This document shows positions 1 through 9,446 of a stretch of 64,000 nt of DNA, piece after piece; positions within the stretch are counted from its first letter, which is position 1, and each line of letters starts with the position of its first letter. The notes beneath the pieces are model-generated. The model ran no database searches and had not been told where the DNA came from. It saw nothing but the letters and a program-made list of their open reading frames with translations. The DNA is from Candidatus Liptonbacteria bacterium (lineage in GTDB: Bacteria; Patescibacteriota; Minisyncoccia; UBA6257; JACOXY01). Made by a program: the position numbers and the translations under genes. The stretch covers positions 334-64,333 of the forward strand of contig JACOXY010000010.1 in the NCBI GenBank assembly GCA_016182095.1, in the 5' to 3' direction.

Positions 1-724
1 TGTCCTTGAAGCCCTGACCCCGGCCAAAGGAGTTGTTGACCACTGCAGGGGTAAAGCCCTTAAAATCATGGAGGCATAGCTGGATTGACCCAGCTATCTT
101 GAGGTAACGACCGAAAAGGTCTATTCTCTCGCCTGTTGCGGCATCCTTCTTGCCGCCCGAGACTGCGTCAACTCCCTTTGCAAGCTCACTCACCAGATCA
201 ACCCAGGCTCCCAGAATCGACTGGACTGGCGCATCAAGTTTGCTTACCGTCGGGAGTTCGGGAACTTCATTGAGCTCTCCGATAATGACCAGCCAAAACG
301 GCACGTGAAGCTCGGACTCCACGATTTCCTGATACATCATGTCAGAAAAACGGTCACGCTTGTAGCCGGCAACCGGGTGCGTGCGGCCATCGGCGCAAAC
401 TGCAGCAAGTTCATCCGGGAGAGAAAGACAGTGATACTCTCCCACTATGCGACGCGACTCGGCGCGATATTCTGCTGCGCACTCTACGTCACCAGGATTT
501 CCGCGGACCTCATAGGCAACGGCGGCCTTTGTGAGTCGCATCACGGTATTTTTGATCGCGTGCCCTACCCGGCCCTCATTCGACCGGTATTCCTCCAGAA
601 GACCATGCACACCGCGAAGCGAGTCAGAAACTCGCTCATAAGTGCGAAAGTCGTCTTTCGGGTCTGGAGTTGGGAAATTTACCTTTGGTAGATGCACCCA
701 GCTCTTCTCCCTGTTGTAGCGCAT
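1..724 (-). CDS. Translin/TRAX-like protein, partial (runs off window start; absent from ORF track)
   Basis: ATG at 724 after purine-rich RBS (GGAGAAGAGGAAAGGAA); frame open to base 1; YQEIVES and ILGAWVDLVSELAK resemble translin QEyvEA and YllGlaDlxGEL motifs. Confidence 0.5.
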   Translation of the reverse strand, partial: MRYNREKSWVHLPKVNFPTPDPKDDFRTYERVSDSLRGVHGLLEEYRSNEGRVGHAIKNTVMRLTKAAVAYEVRGNPGDVECAAEYRAESRRIVGEYHCLSLPDELAAVCADGRTHPVAGYKRDRFSDMMYQEIVESELHVPFWLVIIGELNEVPELPTVSKLDAPVQSILGAWVDLVSELAKGVDAVSGGKKDAATGERIDLFGRYLKIAGSIQLCLHDFKGFTPAVVNNSFGRGQGFKD

Positions 725-1090
725 TTCCTTTCCTCTTCTCCTTTCCTTTCTCTCGCCCTCCACTGCTTTGCGCGCAGAGGGGTTTTTCTGCTTTCGCAGA
801 AAGTTAAACTGCTCCTCCTACTCCTCCCTTGCCCTCCACAGCTTTATGCGAAGGAGGGTCACTCCACATCAACAACTATTCAATTTGTAAAGAACTCACA
901 AGTTAAAACTACGTTTTAACTACATCTGACACCTAACCCCGAATCAAAACCTTTGGTTTTTGACGGGGCAGGCATATAACAACTAACTTAGTTTGAACTT
1001 GTGAATTCTCTTTTTGCCCGCGCACCAATCTTACCAATGGTAGTCATTCGACTTCGCTCAGGATCTAATTTCTTACTAAGTAAGAAATTA

Positions 1091-1136
1091 GAAAAAAGGG
1101 GCAGGCCCTCCGGAGTTATCCAGAGAGCTCTGCCCC
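1091..1136 (-). terminator. Intrinsic terminator
   Basis: GGGGCAG...CTGCCCC stem followed by T-run on minus strand, just downstream of the 1146..2012 ORF. Confidence 0.65.
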
Positions 1137-1145
1137 AGTACTACC

Positions 1146-2012
1146 TTACCAGCGTCGCCCGTCGCGCGCCCGACTGAAAGATGAGCGCTCGTCACCACCC
1201 CGGTGACCGCGAGGGGTCCTCGGCGTGAACTGCCGAGACTCCTGGCTCTGTCGCTCGTTTGCGATCTGCTCCCGGTACTTGGCTCCTGCCTTGCGCAGGT
1301 TCGCCCGATCACCGGAGAGCTTGCCGACCTGCTGTCGGAGTTCCGGCAGAGCCTTCGCCTTCGCGACCTCCGCCTCCACCTTCCCGACCATCTCGCTCCC
1401 GAGCGACTCGGCGAGCTCGACGTTCACCTCGGAGAGGTGATTCACGACTCGGCCCAGGGCCTCCTCGTAAACCGCCTCGGACTCCACGTAGACCGCGCGG
1501 CAGTCCTGGTCGCCCTCAACGCCGAAAGTGAGCGCGAGGAACTGCTTCTTCACGGCCTCGACCCGCGCCCGGAGATCCGAGAAGTCCAGCCGTTCGTTCC
1601 TCCCCGCCTGGTACTCGACCTCGTAGCTCGCGTCGGAGAGCGCCTTTCCGGCCTCCTTGGCGAAGATCGGTCGCGTTCGGTTGTGTTCGACTGCGTCCTC
1701 GACGAGCGACTTCAGCATCTCGAGCGACGTGATGTCGCCGGGAGTGTAATCTCCGCACTCGCCGCATCGATGCCCGGGCTGCATCGTGCCGGCCTCGATG
1801 CGCAAGCCGATGTTCACGGCGAGCGCCTTGATGCTGGCGTGTCCGTTGACTCCGGACTGCCAGGCCTTCACGATCTCCTCGGAACCGAAGTGGACGTGAA
1901 CGCCCACGATGGTCCCCGTTTTCTCCAATCGCTCCATGGCCCTCTCCTTTACCACGTCGCCGCCGAAATTGGCATCCGTGCTCCTTTGGCTACGTCTTTC
2001 CCTCTTTGCCAT
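1146..2012 (-). CDS. Hypothetical protein, GC-rich, coiled-coil with CxxC
   Basis: Long ORF; AGGAGG RBS before ATG at 2012 (MAKRERR); CGEC motif; visibly GC-richer than neighbours. Confidence 0.7.
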   Translation of the reverse strand: MAKRERRSQRSTDANFGGDVVKERAMERLEKTGTIVGVHVHFGSEEIVKAWQSGVNGHASIKALAVNIGLRIEAGTMQPGHRCGECGDYTPGDITSLEMLKSLVEDAVEHNRTRPIFAKEAGKALSDASYEVEYQAGRNERLDFSDLRARVEAVKKQFLALTFGVEGDQDCRAVYVESEAVYEEALGRVVNHLSEVNVELAESLGSEMVGKVEAEVAKAKALPELRQQVGKLSGDRANLRKAGAKYREQIANERQSQESRQFTPRTPRGHRGGDERSSFSRARDGRRW

Positions 2013-2171
2013 ATCCTTGGCCTCCTTTTGCCTTGACTGCTTCGCCCACTTACGTGGGGTTAATTCTTCCTTTTTTGTAAGCCAACCCAAAGCACCATGC
2101 CTTAGGGGACCAAACAACAAGCGAAGAATGTTAATGTACTTGCGGACATTATATCATAGAATCGAAATAAA

Positions 2172-2200
2172 TGCAAGAGGCGCCATTGGCGCCTCTTGCA
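2172..2200. terminator. Perfect 14-1-14 palindrome, probable terminator of S1/four-helix-bundle transcript
   Basis: TGCAAGAGGCGCCA-T-TGGCGCCTCTTGCA. Confidence 0.6.
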
Positions 2201-2230
2201 GGGTATGGGGTATAGGGTTTGGGGTATAGT
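2201..2230. repeat. G-rich 7-nt tandem repeat arm (GGGGTAT-type), inverted partner of 2605..2634
   Basis: GGGTATGGGGTATAGGGTTTGGGGTATAGT; 26/30 match to reverse complement of 2605..2634. Confidence 0.85.
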
Positions 2231-2231
2231 T

Positions 2232-2594
2232 TTAGGGCTTAGGGCATAGCTTTATCAAAAGTTTACGCAACATTTTCATAACTTCTATGGTTATAGATTC
2301 AATGCGCTTAAAATCCGGATCACTTAAATATCTTAACTTCTCCGAAACAATAAGTTGCGTTTCCAGCTCGGTAGCAGATGCTAATGCTATCCTTAAAAAT
2401 TGAATGTATTCTTTTAAGTGACCGCGGTTGTAACCTTCAGCTATATTTGATGGAATGGCAACGGCGGCACGTCTCATTTGCGAAGTAATGCCATATATCT
2501 CTTCACGCGGAAAACTTTTAGTAAGTTTGTAAATTTCTATTACAAGATCAACACTTCTTGACCATACTCTAAGTTCTTTATAGGAGCTAAGCAT
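2232..2594 (-). CDS. Four-helix-bundle protein (23S rRNA IVP / TIGR02436, Avd-like fold)
   Basis: SYKELRVW, TKSFPREEIYGITSQMRRAAVAIPSNIAEG, FLRIALASATELETQL; likely start MLSSY at 2594. Confidence 0.93.
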   Translation of the reverse strand: MLSSYKELRVWSRSVDLVIEIYKLTKSFPREEIYGITSQMRRAAVAIPSNIAEGYNRGHLKEYIQFLRIALASATELETQLIVSEKLRYLSDPDFKRIESITIEVMKMLRKLLIKLCPKP

Positions 2595-2604
2595 ATTATT
2601 TTTT

Positions 2605-2634
2605 ACTATACCCCATACCCCACACCCCAAACCC
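2605..2634. repeat. C-rich 7-nt tandem repeat arm (ATACCCC-type)
   Basis: ACTATACCCCATACCCCACACCCCAAACCC between S1 stop and four-helix-bundle start. Confidence 0.85.
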
Positions 2635-2637
2635 AGC

Positions 2638-3735
2638 TTACTTTTTCATCTTCAATAATATTCTTTTCTCTTCCGGTTTAAGCGAGGAGATTATAAACCC
2701 ATATTCTTTGCCAAGCTCTATTGCGGCCTTCATTTCGTCGGTGCCGCCGAATTCAGAAACGTGTATTAGGCCCTGAATATCGCCCGTTAAATCAATAAAC
2801 GCTCCATAGGGGTTGAATTTTTTAACCGTTCCTTTTACTTCTTCGCCCTCTTTAAACCTCTCGGCAACCGTCGCCCAGGGATCCGGCTGGAGCGCCTTAA
2901 GAGATAAAAACACCCTTCCTTCCTTTATATCAATAATCTTTACCTTATAAACTTCATCAACCTTGACTACTTCTTTGGGATTATCTATTAAGCGATGAGC
3001 CAATTCCGAAATATGGATAAGCCCCTCCACCTCCGGATCATCAATAAATTTTACGAAAGCGCCAAAGTCGGCGACTCCGGAAACCATGCCCGTGACCACC
3101 TGGCCAACTTCGTATTTCTTTAGAAGCTCCTTAACGTTAGCGTCGGTTATCTCGCGCTCGGAAATAATAAGTTTCTGCGTTCTGGGGTTCGCGTCAATCA
3201 CTTTTACCTTTAACTCCTCACCGACAAATTTCTTCAGCTCTTTTAATATACCCTCTTTTTGATTCTGATTGGCTTCGGCTGAAATTCTCGGATAGTGTTC
3301 GTTAGAGAGCTGGGAAACCGGTAAAAAAGCCTTAAGTTCGTTAATCAAAGCCATCAAGCCGCCGCTATTTGCCCCTGAAATTTTCACGGCAATAACCTCC
3401 CCGGATTTTGCAAGTTCGCGCACCGTATCCCAAACTTTTTCCTGCTCGGCGGCGCCAAGAGATAACTCCACATAACCGCCTTCGCCGTCCAAGGCAATAA
3501 TTTTGGCACTAACTTTGTCTCCGACTTTCAAGTTCTTGAGAACATCCTTGGCGTTAAGATATTCCAGCCCGAAAACCATACCAGTGCCGAAAGCGCCCAA
3601 ATCAAAATAGGCCTCGCGCGGAGCTTTCTCTATCAAAACGGCCTCTGTGAGTTCGCCTTCACGAGGGAACTTCAATGAGCCGGCCTCACTCTTAATCATT
3701 TCAGCCAGAGTGGTTGTTTTATCGTTATTAGTCAT
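2638..3735 (-). CDS. rpsA: 30S ribosomal protein S1-like, multi-S1-domain protein
   Basis: Repeated S1 motifs (DFGAFV..EGLIHISEL, PYGAFI..QGLIHVSEF, AFLPVSQL). Confidence 0.85.
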   Translation of the reverse strand: MTNNDKTTTLAEMIKSEAGSLKFPREGELTEAVLIEKAPREAYFDLGAFGTGMVFGLEYLNAKDVLKNLKVGDKVSAKIIALDGEGGYVELSLGAAEQEKVWDTVRELAKSGEVIAVKISGANSGGLMALINELKAFLPVSQLSNEHYPRISAEANQNQKEGILKELKKFVGEELKVKVIDANPRTQKLIISEREITDANVKELLKKYEVGQVVTGMVSGVADFGAFVKFIDDPEVEGLIHISELAHRLIDNPKEVVKVDEVYKVKIIDIKEGRVFLSLKALQPDPWATVAERFKEGEEVKGTVKKFNPYGAFIDLTGDIQGLIHVSEFGGTDEMKAAIELGKEYGFIISSLKPEEKRILLKMKK

Positions 3736-3860
3736 TTTGCAATTATTTAAATAAGCACATTCCTAGTTGCCTATCTGAGTTTAATAATAATGTTTAGGAA
3801 TTCCATTAATATAGTTAATTTTGGGTTGAAAAGCAAGCGCTTTTGCGCTACCATAGAGTA

Positions 3861-3962
3861 GCGTAACGTTATAGTCGTTATAGCGTTCAATTCGTTCTAA
3901 ACGACCCGCATATTGGGTGCCAACGGTTACAACGATTAGAACGTGTACAACGGTTAAACACG
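3861..3962. repeat. Gene-less pair of CGTT/AACG 8-9-nt tandem repeat arms
   Basis: CGTTATAGTCGTTATAGCGTTCAATTCGTTCTAA...AACGGTTACAACGATTAGAACGTGTACAACG, ending at ATG 3963. Confidence 0.8.
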
Positions 3963-4523
3963 ATGGTCATAACTTATCACGACGAAACTTGTTTTAGAAT
4001 ACAAAGCGGCAATTTAAGTTTGGTGGTTGACCCGGTGAGCGAAAAGTTTAAATCCGATGTAACTATCAAAACCAATCTGGCGCTTCCTTATAATAAAACC
4101 GAAAAGGATTTGATCGTCGGGGCCGGAGAATATGAAATCAATGGCATTTCCATAAGAGGCACGCAGGCGAGCTACGACAAAAAGGCGGGGATTAAAACAA
4201 TTTTTGAAGTCGTCATGGAAAACATAGCTCTCGGTTTTTTTGGGAAAATTGACGCGAATCCCGAACCGGATCTGATTGAAAAACTGGGGAATTTGGAGAT
4301 AATTTTCCTGCCCGTCGGGAAAGGTTATTTGGATGAAAAGTCGGCGCTAAAAATAGTAAAACAGGTAAAGCCCAATATCGTAATTCCGTACCCCACAAAG
4401 GCAACAAAAGATTTTTTGGAAGAAATGGGCGGCAAGAGCGAAATTTCTGATAAATTAACCCTGAAAAAAAAGGATATTTTGGAGATGGGGGAGAAGATGC
4501 GGGCGGTATGCTTAAAAAGTTAA
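3963..4523 (+). CDS. MBL-fold (beta-lactamase-like) protein, metal motif apparently degenerate
   Basis: ITYHDETCFRI..LVVDP, GAGEYEINGISI, IFLPVG, KPNIVIP. Confidence 0.75.
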   Translation: MVITYHDETCFRIQSGNLSLVVDPVSEKFKSDVTIKTNLALPYNKTEKDLIVGAGEYEINGISIRGTQASYDKKAGIKTIFEVVMENIALGFFGKIDANPEPDLIEKLGNLEIIFLPVGKGYLDEKSALKIVKQVKPNIVIPYPTKATKDFLEEMGGKSEISDKLTLKKKDILEMGEKMRAVCLKS

Positions 4524-4546
4524 AAATTAAAATGTAAAAATCAAAA

Positions 4547-4671
4547 ATCCCTCACTCAAGAAGGAGTTTGGGTCGGTTCTGGAAATCGTAATATTAATTA
4601 CCAACAATAAATTATTAAGATAAAATGAATTTTGAGAAGAAGCGGAAAATGCTCCTTCTTGAGTGAGGGAT
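4547..4671. mobile_element. 125-bp MITE-like element, family A, copy 1
   Basis: Perfect 20-bp TIR ATCCCTCACTCAAGAAGGAG / CTCCTTCTTGAGTGAGGGAT; related copies at 44020 and 52903. Confidence 0.8.
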
Positions 4672-4694
4672 TGATATTAAGTTTAACTTAGACA

Positions 4695-5012
4695 ATGAAC
4701 AGAATTGGAAAATTTATAACTTATTTACAAGAACAAGACGAATCCATGAAGAAGGTTTGGGTTTTTTTGCTAAGCGGCGTTTCGATGGCTCTGGTTGTTG
4801 CGCTTTGGGTGGTATATCTGAACCTCACAATAGCGAAGATTGGGGAGCCCGCTATTGCCATTAAAGAAAAGCAAACCGGAACCCAAGAGTCTAGCGCGCA
4901 GGCCGGCCTTCTTTTTGCCAATTTCAAAAATAACGCAAGCGCTATTTCCAAAAATTTTTCGGAATTTATAGCGGGCATATTAAATAGAGAGAATGAGATC
5001 ATAATAAAGTAG
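4695..5012 (+). CDS. Hypothetical single-TM membrane protein
   Basis: 105-aa ORF with one hydrophobic helix, upstream of gyrA. Confidence 0.7.
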   Translation: MNRIGKFITYLQEQDESMKKVWVFLLSGVSMALVVALWVVYLNLTIAKIGEPAIAIKEKQTGTQESSAQAGLLFANFKNNASAISKNFSEFIAGILNRENEIIIK

Positions 5013-5052
5013 CCGCGAGCCAATAAACTGATTAGCGATTCGCTGATATTAT

Positions 5053-8000
5053 ATGAGGGAAAATAAAAATGAAAATAAAATAGTATCCAAAGCGGAACCA
5101 CGCGAAATAACCACTGAACTCAAGGAGTCTTATCTTGATTACGCGATGTCGGTCATAGTTTCGCGCGCCTTGCCGGATGTCCGCGATGGCTTGAAGCCGG
5201 TACACAGAAGAATTTTGTGGGCCATGTGGGACATGGGGCTTACGCATGGAGCTAAATTCAGAAAATCTGCGAATGTCGTTGGATCCGTCCTCGGCGCGTA
5301 TCATCCGCACGGCGACTCATCCGTGTATGACGCAATGGTGCGATTAGCGCAACCCTTTTCCATGCGCTACCCGCTAATCGAGGGGCAGGGTAACTGGGGA
5401 TGTTTTACCAAGGATACCGAAGTAAAACTTGCAGATGGGCGGAACTTGAGCTTTGGAAAACTCATTGAAGAAGATGCTCGAGGAAAAACCAACTATACAT
5501 ACACGGTCAATAGTTTAGGGTTAATATCGGTGGCAAAAATAGAAAAACCAAGAGTTACAAGAGGTGACGCCGAGCTTATTAGAGTTACACTTGATAATGG
5601 CATCGAGATAAAATGCACCCCAGACCATCGCTTTATGTTAAGAGATGGGAATTATAAAGAAGCTCAGTATTTAACGCCACAAGATTCATTAATGCCGCTT
5701 TATGAAAAGTTGTCCGAAAAAACTGATAGATTAAACATATCAAATTTGATTAGATATGAAATTAGAAATAACCACCGCGTTACTAAAATCGAAAAATTAT
5801 CAGAGAAAGAAGACGTTTACGATCTTACGGTCTCTGGTTCGCACAACTTTTCTTTGGGGGCGGGCATTTTCGTACACAACTCGGTCGACGGGGATTCTGC
5901 GGCGGCGATGCGCTATTGCGTTACGGGCGATACTTTAGTTGTTACGGAAAATGGCCTGCAAAAAATTAAAGACATGCCGGGTAAAACTGATAATTTTGAG
6001 CAGGACATAAATATTAAAATCCTTTCTAGGGAGAAAAAAATCCACAAAGCCAGCAAATGGTTTGATAGTGGAGAGCATCCTACTTTAAAAGTAACAACGA
6101 GCCGCGGCCATCAAATAGAAGGATCATATAATCATCCTTTGCTAACTTTAAATAAAAATGGGAGTGGAAAACCAACATTTCAATGGAAAACTCTTGAACA
6201 GCTTACTGCTGGCGACATAGCGGTTCTGGATCGTTCAAGCGATGTTTTGTGGCCGGAAAAAGAAGTTGCTTTAGATAAATTTTATCCAACTGGCCTGCAT
6301 AATAGAACTGAAAGAAAAAAAATGCCGGCGCGCCTTGATGAGAATCTAGCTTTTATAATCGGCGCCATTATAGCAGAGGGGACTACCAGCAGAAAGAAAA
6401 TTGAGTTTTGCAATAGCGACCTAGAATTTGTTGCTGAATTCGAAAAAAGGTGGGCAAAAGTTTTCCCAGACTGCAGAATTCATAAATTTATTAAACAGCC
6501 CTCATCTTATGGGAAGAAAGAATATTGTCGCTTAGAAATTCATTCTCTTTGTGTGGTTTCATTTTTACACAATCTCGGTCTCAATATCGCCACTTCAGCA
6601 TTTAAAACAATCCCGGAACCAATTTTGCAGTCCCCTAAAAATGTAGCGGCGAGTTTTATTAGGGCTTATTTTGAGGGAGACGGCTCAATATCAAACTCTG
6701 ACAAAATGATTGAGCTTAGTAGCTGTTCCATAAGTAAAAAACTAACTGATGAGCTACAGGTTTTGTTGTTAAAATTTGGCATTGCCGCCACCAAAAGGTT
6801 CGATTCTTACAGAAATAACCATAAATTATACATCCGTGGAAGAAAAAATTATTTAGTATTTGCTGAAAATATAGGATTTGTTTCTGCGCGCAAAAATAAT
6901 AGGTTAAAAAACGTTCTAGGACATTATTTAAAGTTTGCCGCCCCGACAGATTTTATTCCTTATCTAACTGGCTATGTAAGAACATTTGTTGCCATGCCAA
7001 GAAGCGCCGATAGGCAGTTTATTCTCAAAAATAACTTTGATCGGTATCATTATTTGGAGAAAAACGGGGGTAGGGTAGCGCTTGCGGTGCAAGCCACGAC
7101 TGGCTTAAATCTTGAACCCCTATTCAGATCTTTTCTCGGCAATAATTATCTTTTTGATCCTGTGGCCAGCATTGAAAAAACGGGGGTCCAAAAAGTTTAT
7201 TCAATCAGGGTGGATAGTGAATGTCATTCCTTTATTGCGAATGGTTTTATTAATCACAATACAGAGTGCCGCCTCTCTAAAATTGCCGAGGAACTTTTGG
7301 GAGACATAGAAAAAGAAACTGTGGAGTGGCAGCCAAACTATGATTCAAGCCGCGAGGAGCCGAAGGTTTTGCCGTCTAAATTTCCCAACTTGCTCGTGAA
7401 CGGCGGTATGGGTATAGCAGTCGGCATGGCGACAAGCATTCCTCCCCATAACTTGAGCGAAGTGGCGGATGCCGCGGTAAAACTTTTGGATCATCCCAAA
7501 ACCAGCATCTCCGAAATAATGGAGATAGTTAAAGGGCCCGACTTCCCAACCGGCGGGATAATTTATGACCGAAAAAACATAAATGAAGCTTATGCCCTAG
7601 GCCGCGGTTCAATAACCACGCGGGCGCTCGCTGAAATTTCCGAAAAAAAGAGCGGCCAATATGTGATCGTCATAACCGAAATTCCATATCAGGTTAATAA
7701 ATCGGAGTTGATAATCAAAATCGCCGAACTAATCCAGGAAAAAAGAATTGAGGGCGTGAGAGACGTGCGCGATGAATCCGATAAAGACGGCCTCCGAATA
7801 GTAATAGAGCTGAAGAGCGACGTCTCGCCGCAAAAAATCCTAAACCAGCTTTACAAAAACACAGATTTACAGAAAGACTTCCACCTTAATTTGATCGCGC
7901 TTCAAGATCGTGGAATTCAGCCCCAGCTTATGTCTTTGAAAGACATGCTGGAGCAGTTTATCGATCACCGCAAAGAAGTTGTGCGCCGCAGAGCGGAGTT

Positions 8001-9351
8001 TGACCTTAAAAAAGCCAAGGAAAGGGCGCATATTTTGGAGGGACTCGCTAAGGCGCTATCGGTTATTGATAAAATAATCGCCACCATCAAGAAGTCGGGC
8101 GACAAAGAAGAGGCGCATAAAAATTTAATCAAGAATTTCAAGCTTACCGACATACAAGCGACGGCTATCCTCGAAATGCGCCTGCAAACTTTGGCGGCCT
8201 TAGAAAGGCAAAAGATTGAGGACGAGCTAAAGGAAAAACTGAAATTAATAAAAGATTTGGAGATATTGCTTAAGAGCCCCGAAAAAATAAAGGGGGTTAT
8301 TAAGGACGAACTCCAAGAAATGCGGGAAAAATTCGGTGACGAAAGAAGAACCAAAGTAGTGTCAGGCGGGCTGAAGGAGTTCAAAGAAGAAGACCTGGTA
8401 CCGGAAGAAGAAACCGTGATAACCCTTTCCGCGGGCGGGTACATAAAGAGAAGCAATCCGGGAGATTTTAAGGTACAAAAGCGGGGCGGCAAAGGGATAA
8501 TAGGAGGCGATGTCGGTGAAGAAGATTTTGTGCGCCACTTTGTGAGCGCCGTAACTCATGACAACATTTTATTCTTTACCACGAGCGGCAAGGTTTTCCA
8601 AACTAAAGTTTATGAAATACCTGCGGCTTCAAGAACATCAAAGGGAAAGGCCATACATAACTTTTTAGAAATCCCCACCTCCGAATATGTAAGCGCTATT
8701 ATTGCATATCCATCCAACACGCAAAATCAAGAAACCGCGGCATCGGGCTTCCTTGTTATGGTCACCGAAGGCGGCGTTATCAAAAAAACCAAAATTGCCG
8801 ACTTTGAAAATGTCAGAAAAAGCGGCATTATCGCCATTAAATTAAGAAGCGGCGACAAACTCAAATGGGTGGGGTTATCTGAAGCCGGGAACGACATTCT
8901 TATCGCCACCATGAACGGCCAGGCGATCAGATTCAAAGAAAAAGATTTGCGCCCCATGGGGAGGGCGGCAAGCGGCGTTACCGCCATAAGGTTAAAAAAG
9001 GGCGATAAAGTAAATGCCATGGAAATAATTAGAGGAGGAAAAGAGACGCGAGAAACACAGCTCCTCGCGGTTATGGCTAACGGTTACGCCAAGCGCACCC
9101 CCTTAAAAGAATATAAGGTGCAAAGGCGGGGCGGCTCCGGGATTAAAACAGCCAAAATAACGGCAAAGACCGGCTCCATAGTGGCGGCAAGAGTTATAAC
9201 CGAGGAAGAAGAACTTCTGGCTCTTTCAACTAAGGGCCAGATAATCAAGACCTTAATCAAGGATGTGCGCATAGCCGGCCGCGCCACGCAAGGAGTTAGA
9301 ATTATGTCGCTTAAAGCCGGAGATAAAGTGGCGGGGATAGTGTGTCTGTAG
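5053..9351 (+). CDS. gyrA: DNA gyrase subunit A with two inteins (mature ~824 aa)
   Basis: [39 protein letters not shown]|TE, GyrA-box QKRGGKG, pinwheel repeats. Confidence 0.97.
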   Translation: MRENKNENKIVSKAEPREITTELKESYLDYAMSVIVSRALPDVRDGLKPVHRRILWAMWDMGLTHGAKFRKSANVVGSVLGAYHPHGDSSVYDAMVRLAQPFSMRYPLIEGQGNWGCFTKDTEVKLADGRNLSFGKLIEEDARGKTNYTYTVNSLGLISVAKIEKPRVTRGDAELIRVTLDNGIEIKCTPDHRFMLRDGNYKEAQYLTPQDSLMPLYEKLSEKTDRLNISNLIRYEIRNNHRVTKIEKLSEKEDVYDLTVSGSHNFSLGAGIFVHNSVDGDSAAAMRYCVTGDTLVVTENGLQKIKDMPGKTDNFEQDINIKILSREKKIHKASKWFDSGEHPTLKVTTSRGHQIEGSYNHPLLTLNKNGSGKPTFQWKTLEQLTAGDIAVLDRSSDVLWPEKEVALDKFYPTGLHNRTERKKMPARLDENLAFIIGAIIAEGTTSRKKIEFCNSDLEFVAEFEKRWAKVFPDCRIHKFIKQPSSYGKKEYCRLEIHSLCVVSFLHNLGLNIATSAFKTIPEPILQSPKNVAASFIRAYFEGDGSISNSDKMIELSSCSISKKLTDELQVLLLKFGIAATKRFDSYRNNHKLYIRGRKNYLVFAENIGFVSARKNNRLKNVLGHYLKFAAPTDFIPYLTGYVRTFVAMPRSADRQFILKNNFDRYHYLEKNGGRVALAVQATTGLNLEPLFRSFLGNNYLFDPVASIEKTGVQKVYSIRVDSECHSFIANGFINHNTECRLSKIAEELLGDIEKETVEWQPNYDSSREEPKVLPSKFPNLLVNGGMGIAVGMATSIPPHNLSEVADAAVKLLDHPKTSISEIMEIVKGPDFPTGGIIYDRKNINEAYALGRGSITTRALAEISEKKSGQYVIVITEIPYQVNKSELIIKIAELIQEKRIEGVRDVRDESDKDGLRIVIELKSDVSPQKILNQLYKNTDLQKDFHLNLIALQDRGIQPQLMSLKDMLEQFIDHRKEVVRRRAEFDLKKAKERAHILEGLAKALSVIDKIIATIKKSGDKEEAHKNLIKNFKLTDIQATAILEMRLQTLAALERQKIEDELKEKLKLIKDLEILLKSPEKIKGVIKDELQEMREKFGDERRTKVVSGGLKEFKEEDLVPEEETVITLSAGGYIKRSNPGDFKVQKRGGKGIIGGDVGEEDFVRHFVSAVTHDNILFFTTSGKVFQTKVYEIPAASRTSKGKAIHNFLEIPTSEYVSAIIAYPSNTQNQETAASGFLVMVTEGGVIKKTKIADFENVRKSGIIAIKLRSGDKLKWVGLSEAGNDILIATMNGQAIRFKEKDLRPMGRAASGVTAIRLKKGDKVNAMEIIRGGKETRETQLLAVMANGYAKRTPLKEYKVQRRGGSGIKTAKITAKTGSIVAARVITEEEELLALSTKGQIIKTLIKDVRIAGRATQGVRIMSLKAGDKVAGIVCL
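5401..5880 (+). mobile_element. Mini-intein (160 aa, no endonuclease) in GyrA
   Basis: GQGNWG|CFTKDTEV...CTPDHRF...VYDLTV...IFVHN|S. Confidence 0.92.
5917..7260 (+). mobile_element. Intein with LAGLIDADG homing endonuclease (448 aa) right after GyrA catalytic Tyr
   Basis: MRY|CVTGDT...GSYNHPL...IIGAIIAEG...[10 protein letters not shown]...VYSIRV...FINHN|T. Confidence 0.95.
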
Positions 9352-9446
9352 AAACTGAAATTCAAAAATCAAAATGCAAAATGCAAAATTTAAGATTGTT
9401 CGCCGAAGGCGAACTCCATAATTTTTGTTTTTGATATAATATACTT

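Noticed and set aside
305-919. Plus-strand ORFs 305..691 and 692..919
   Set aside because: Overlap the better-supported minus-strand ORF 724..1 and its upstream region
1203-2036. 277-aa plus-strand ORF and nested ORFs
   Set aside because: Antisense shadow of the GC-rich minus-strand gene, which has the RBS and terminator
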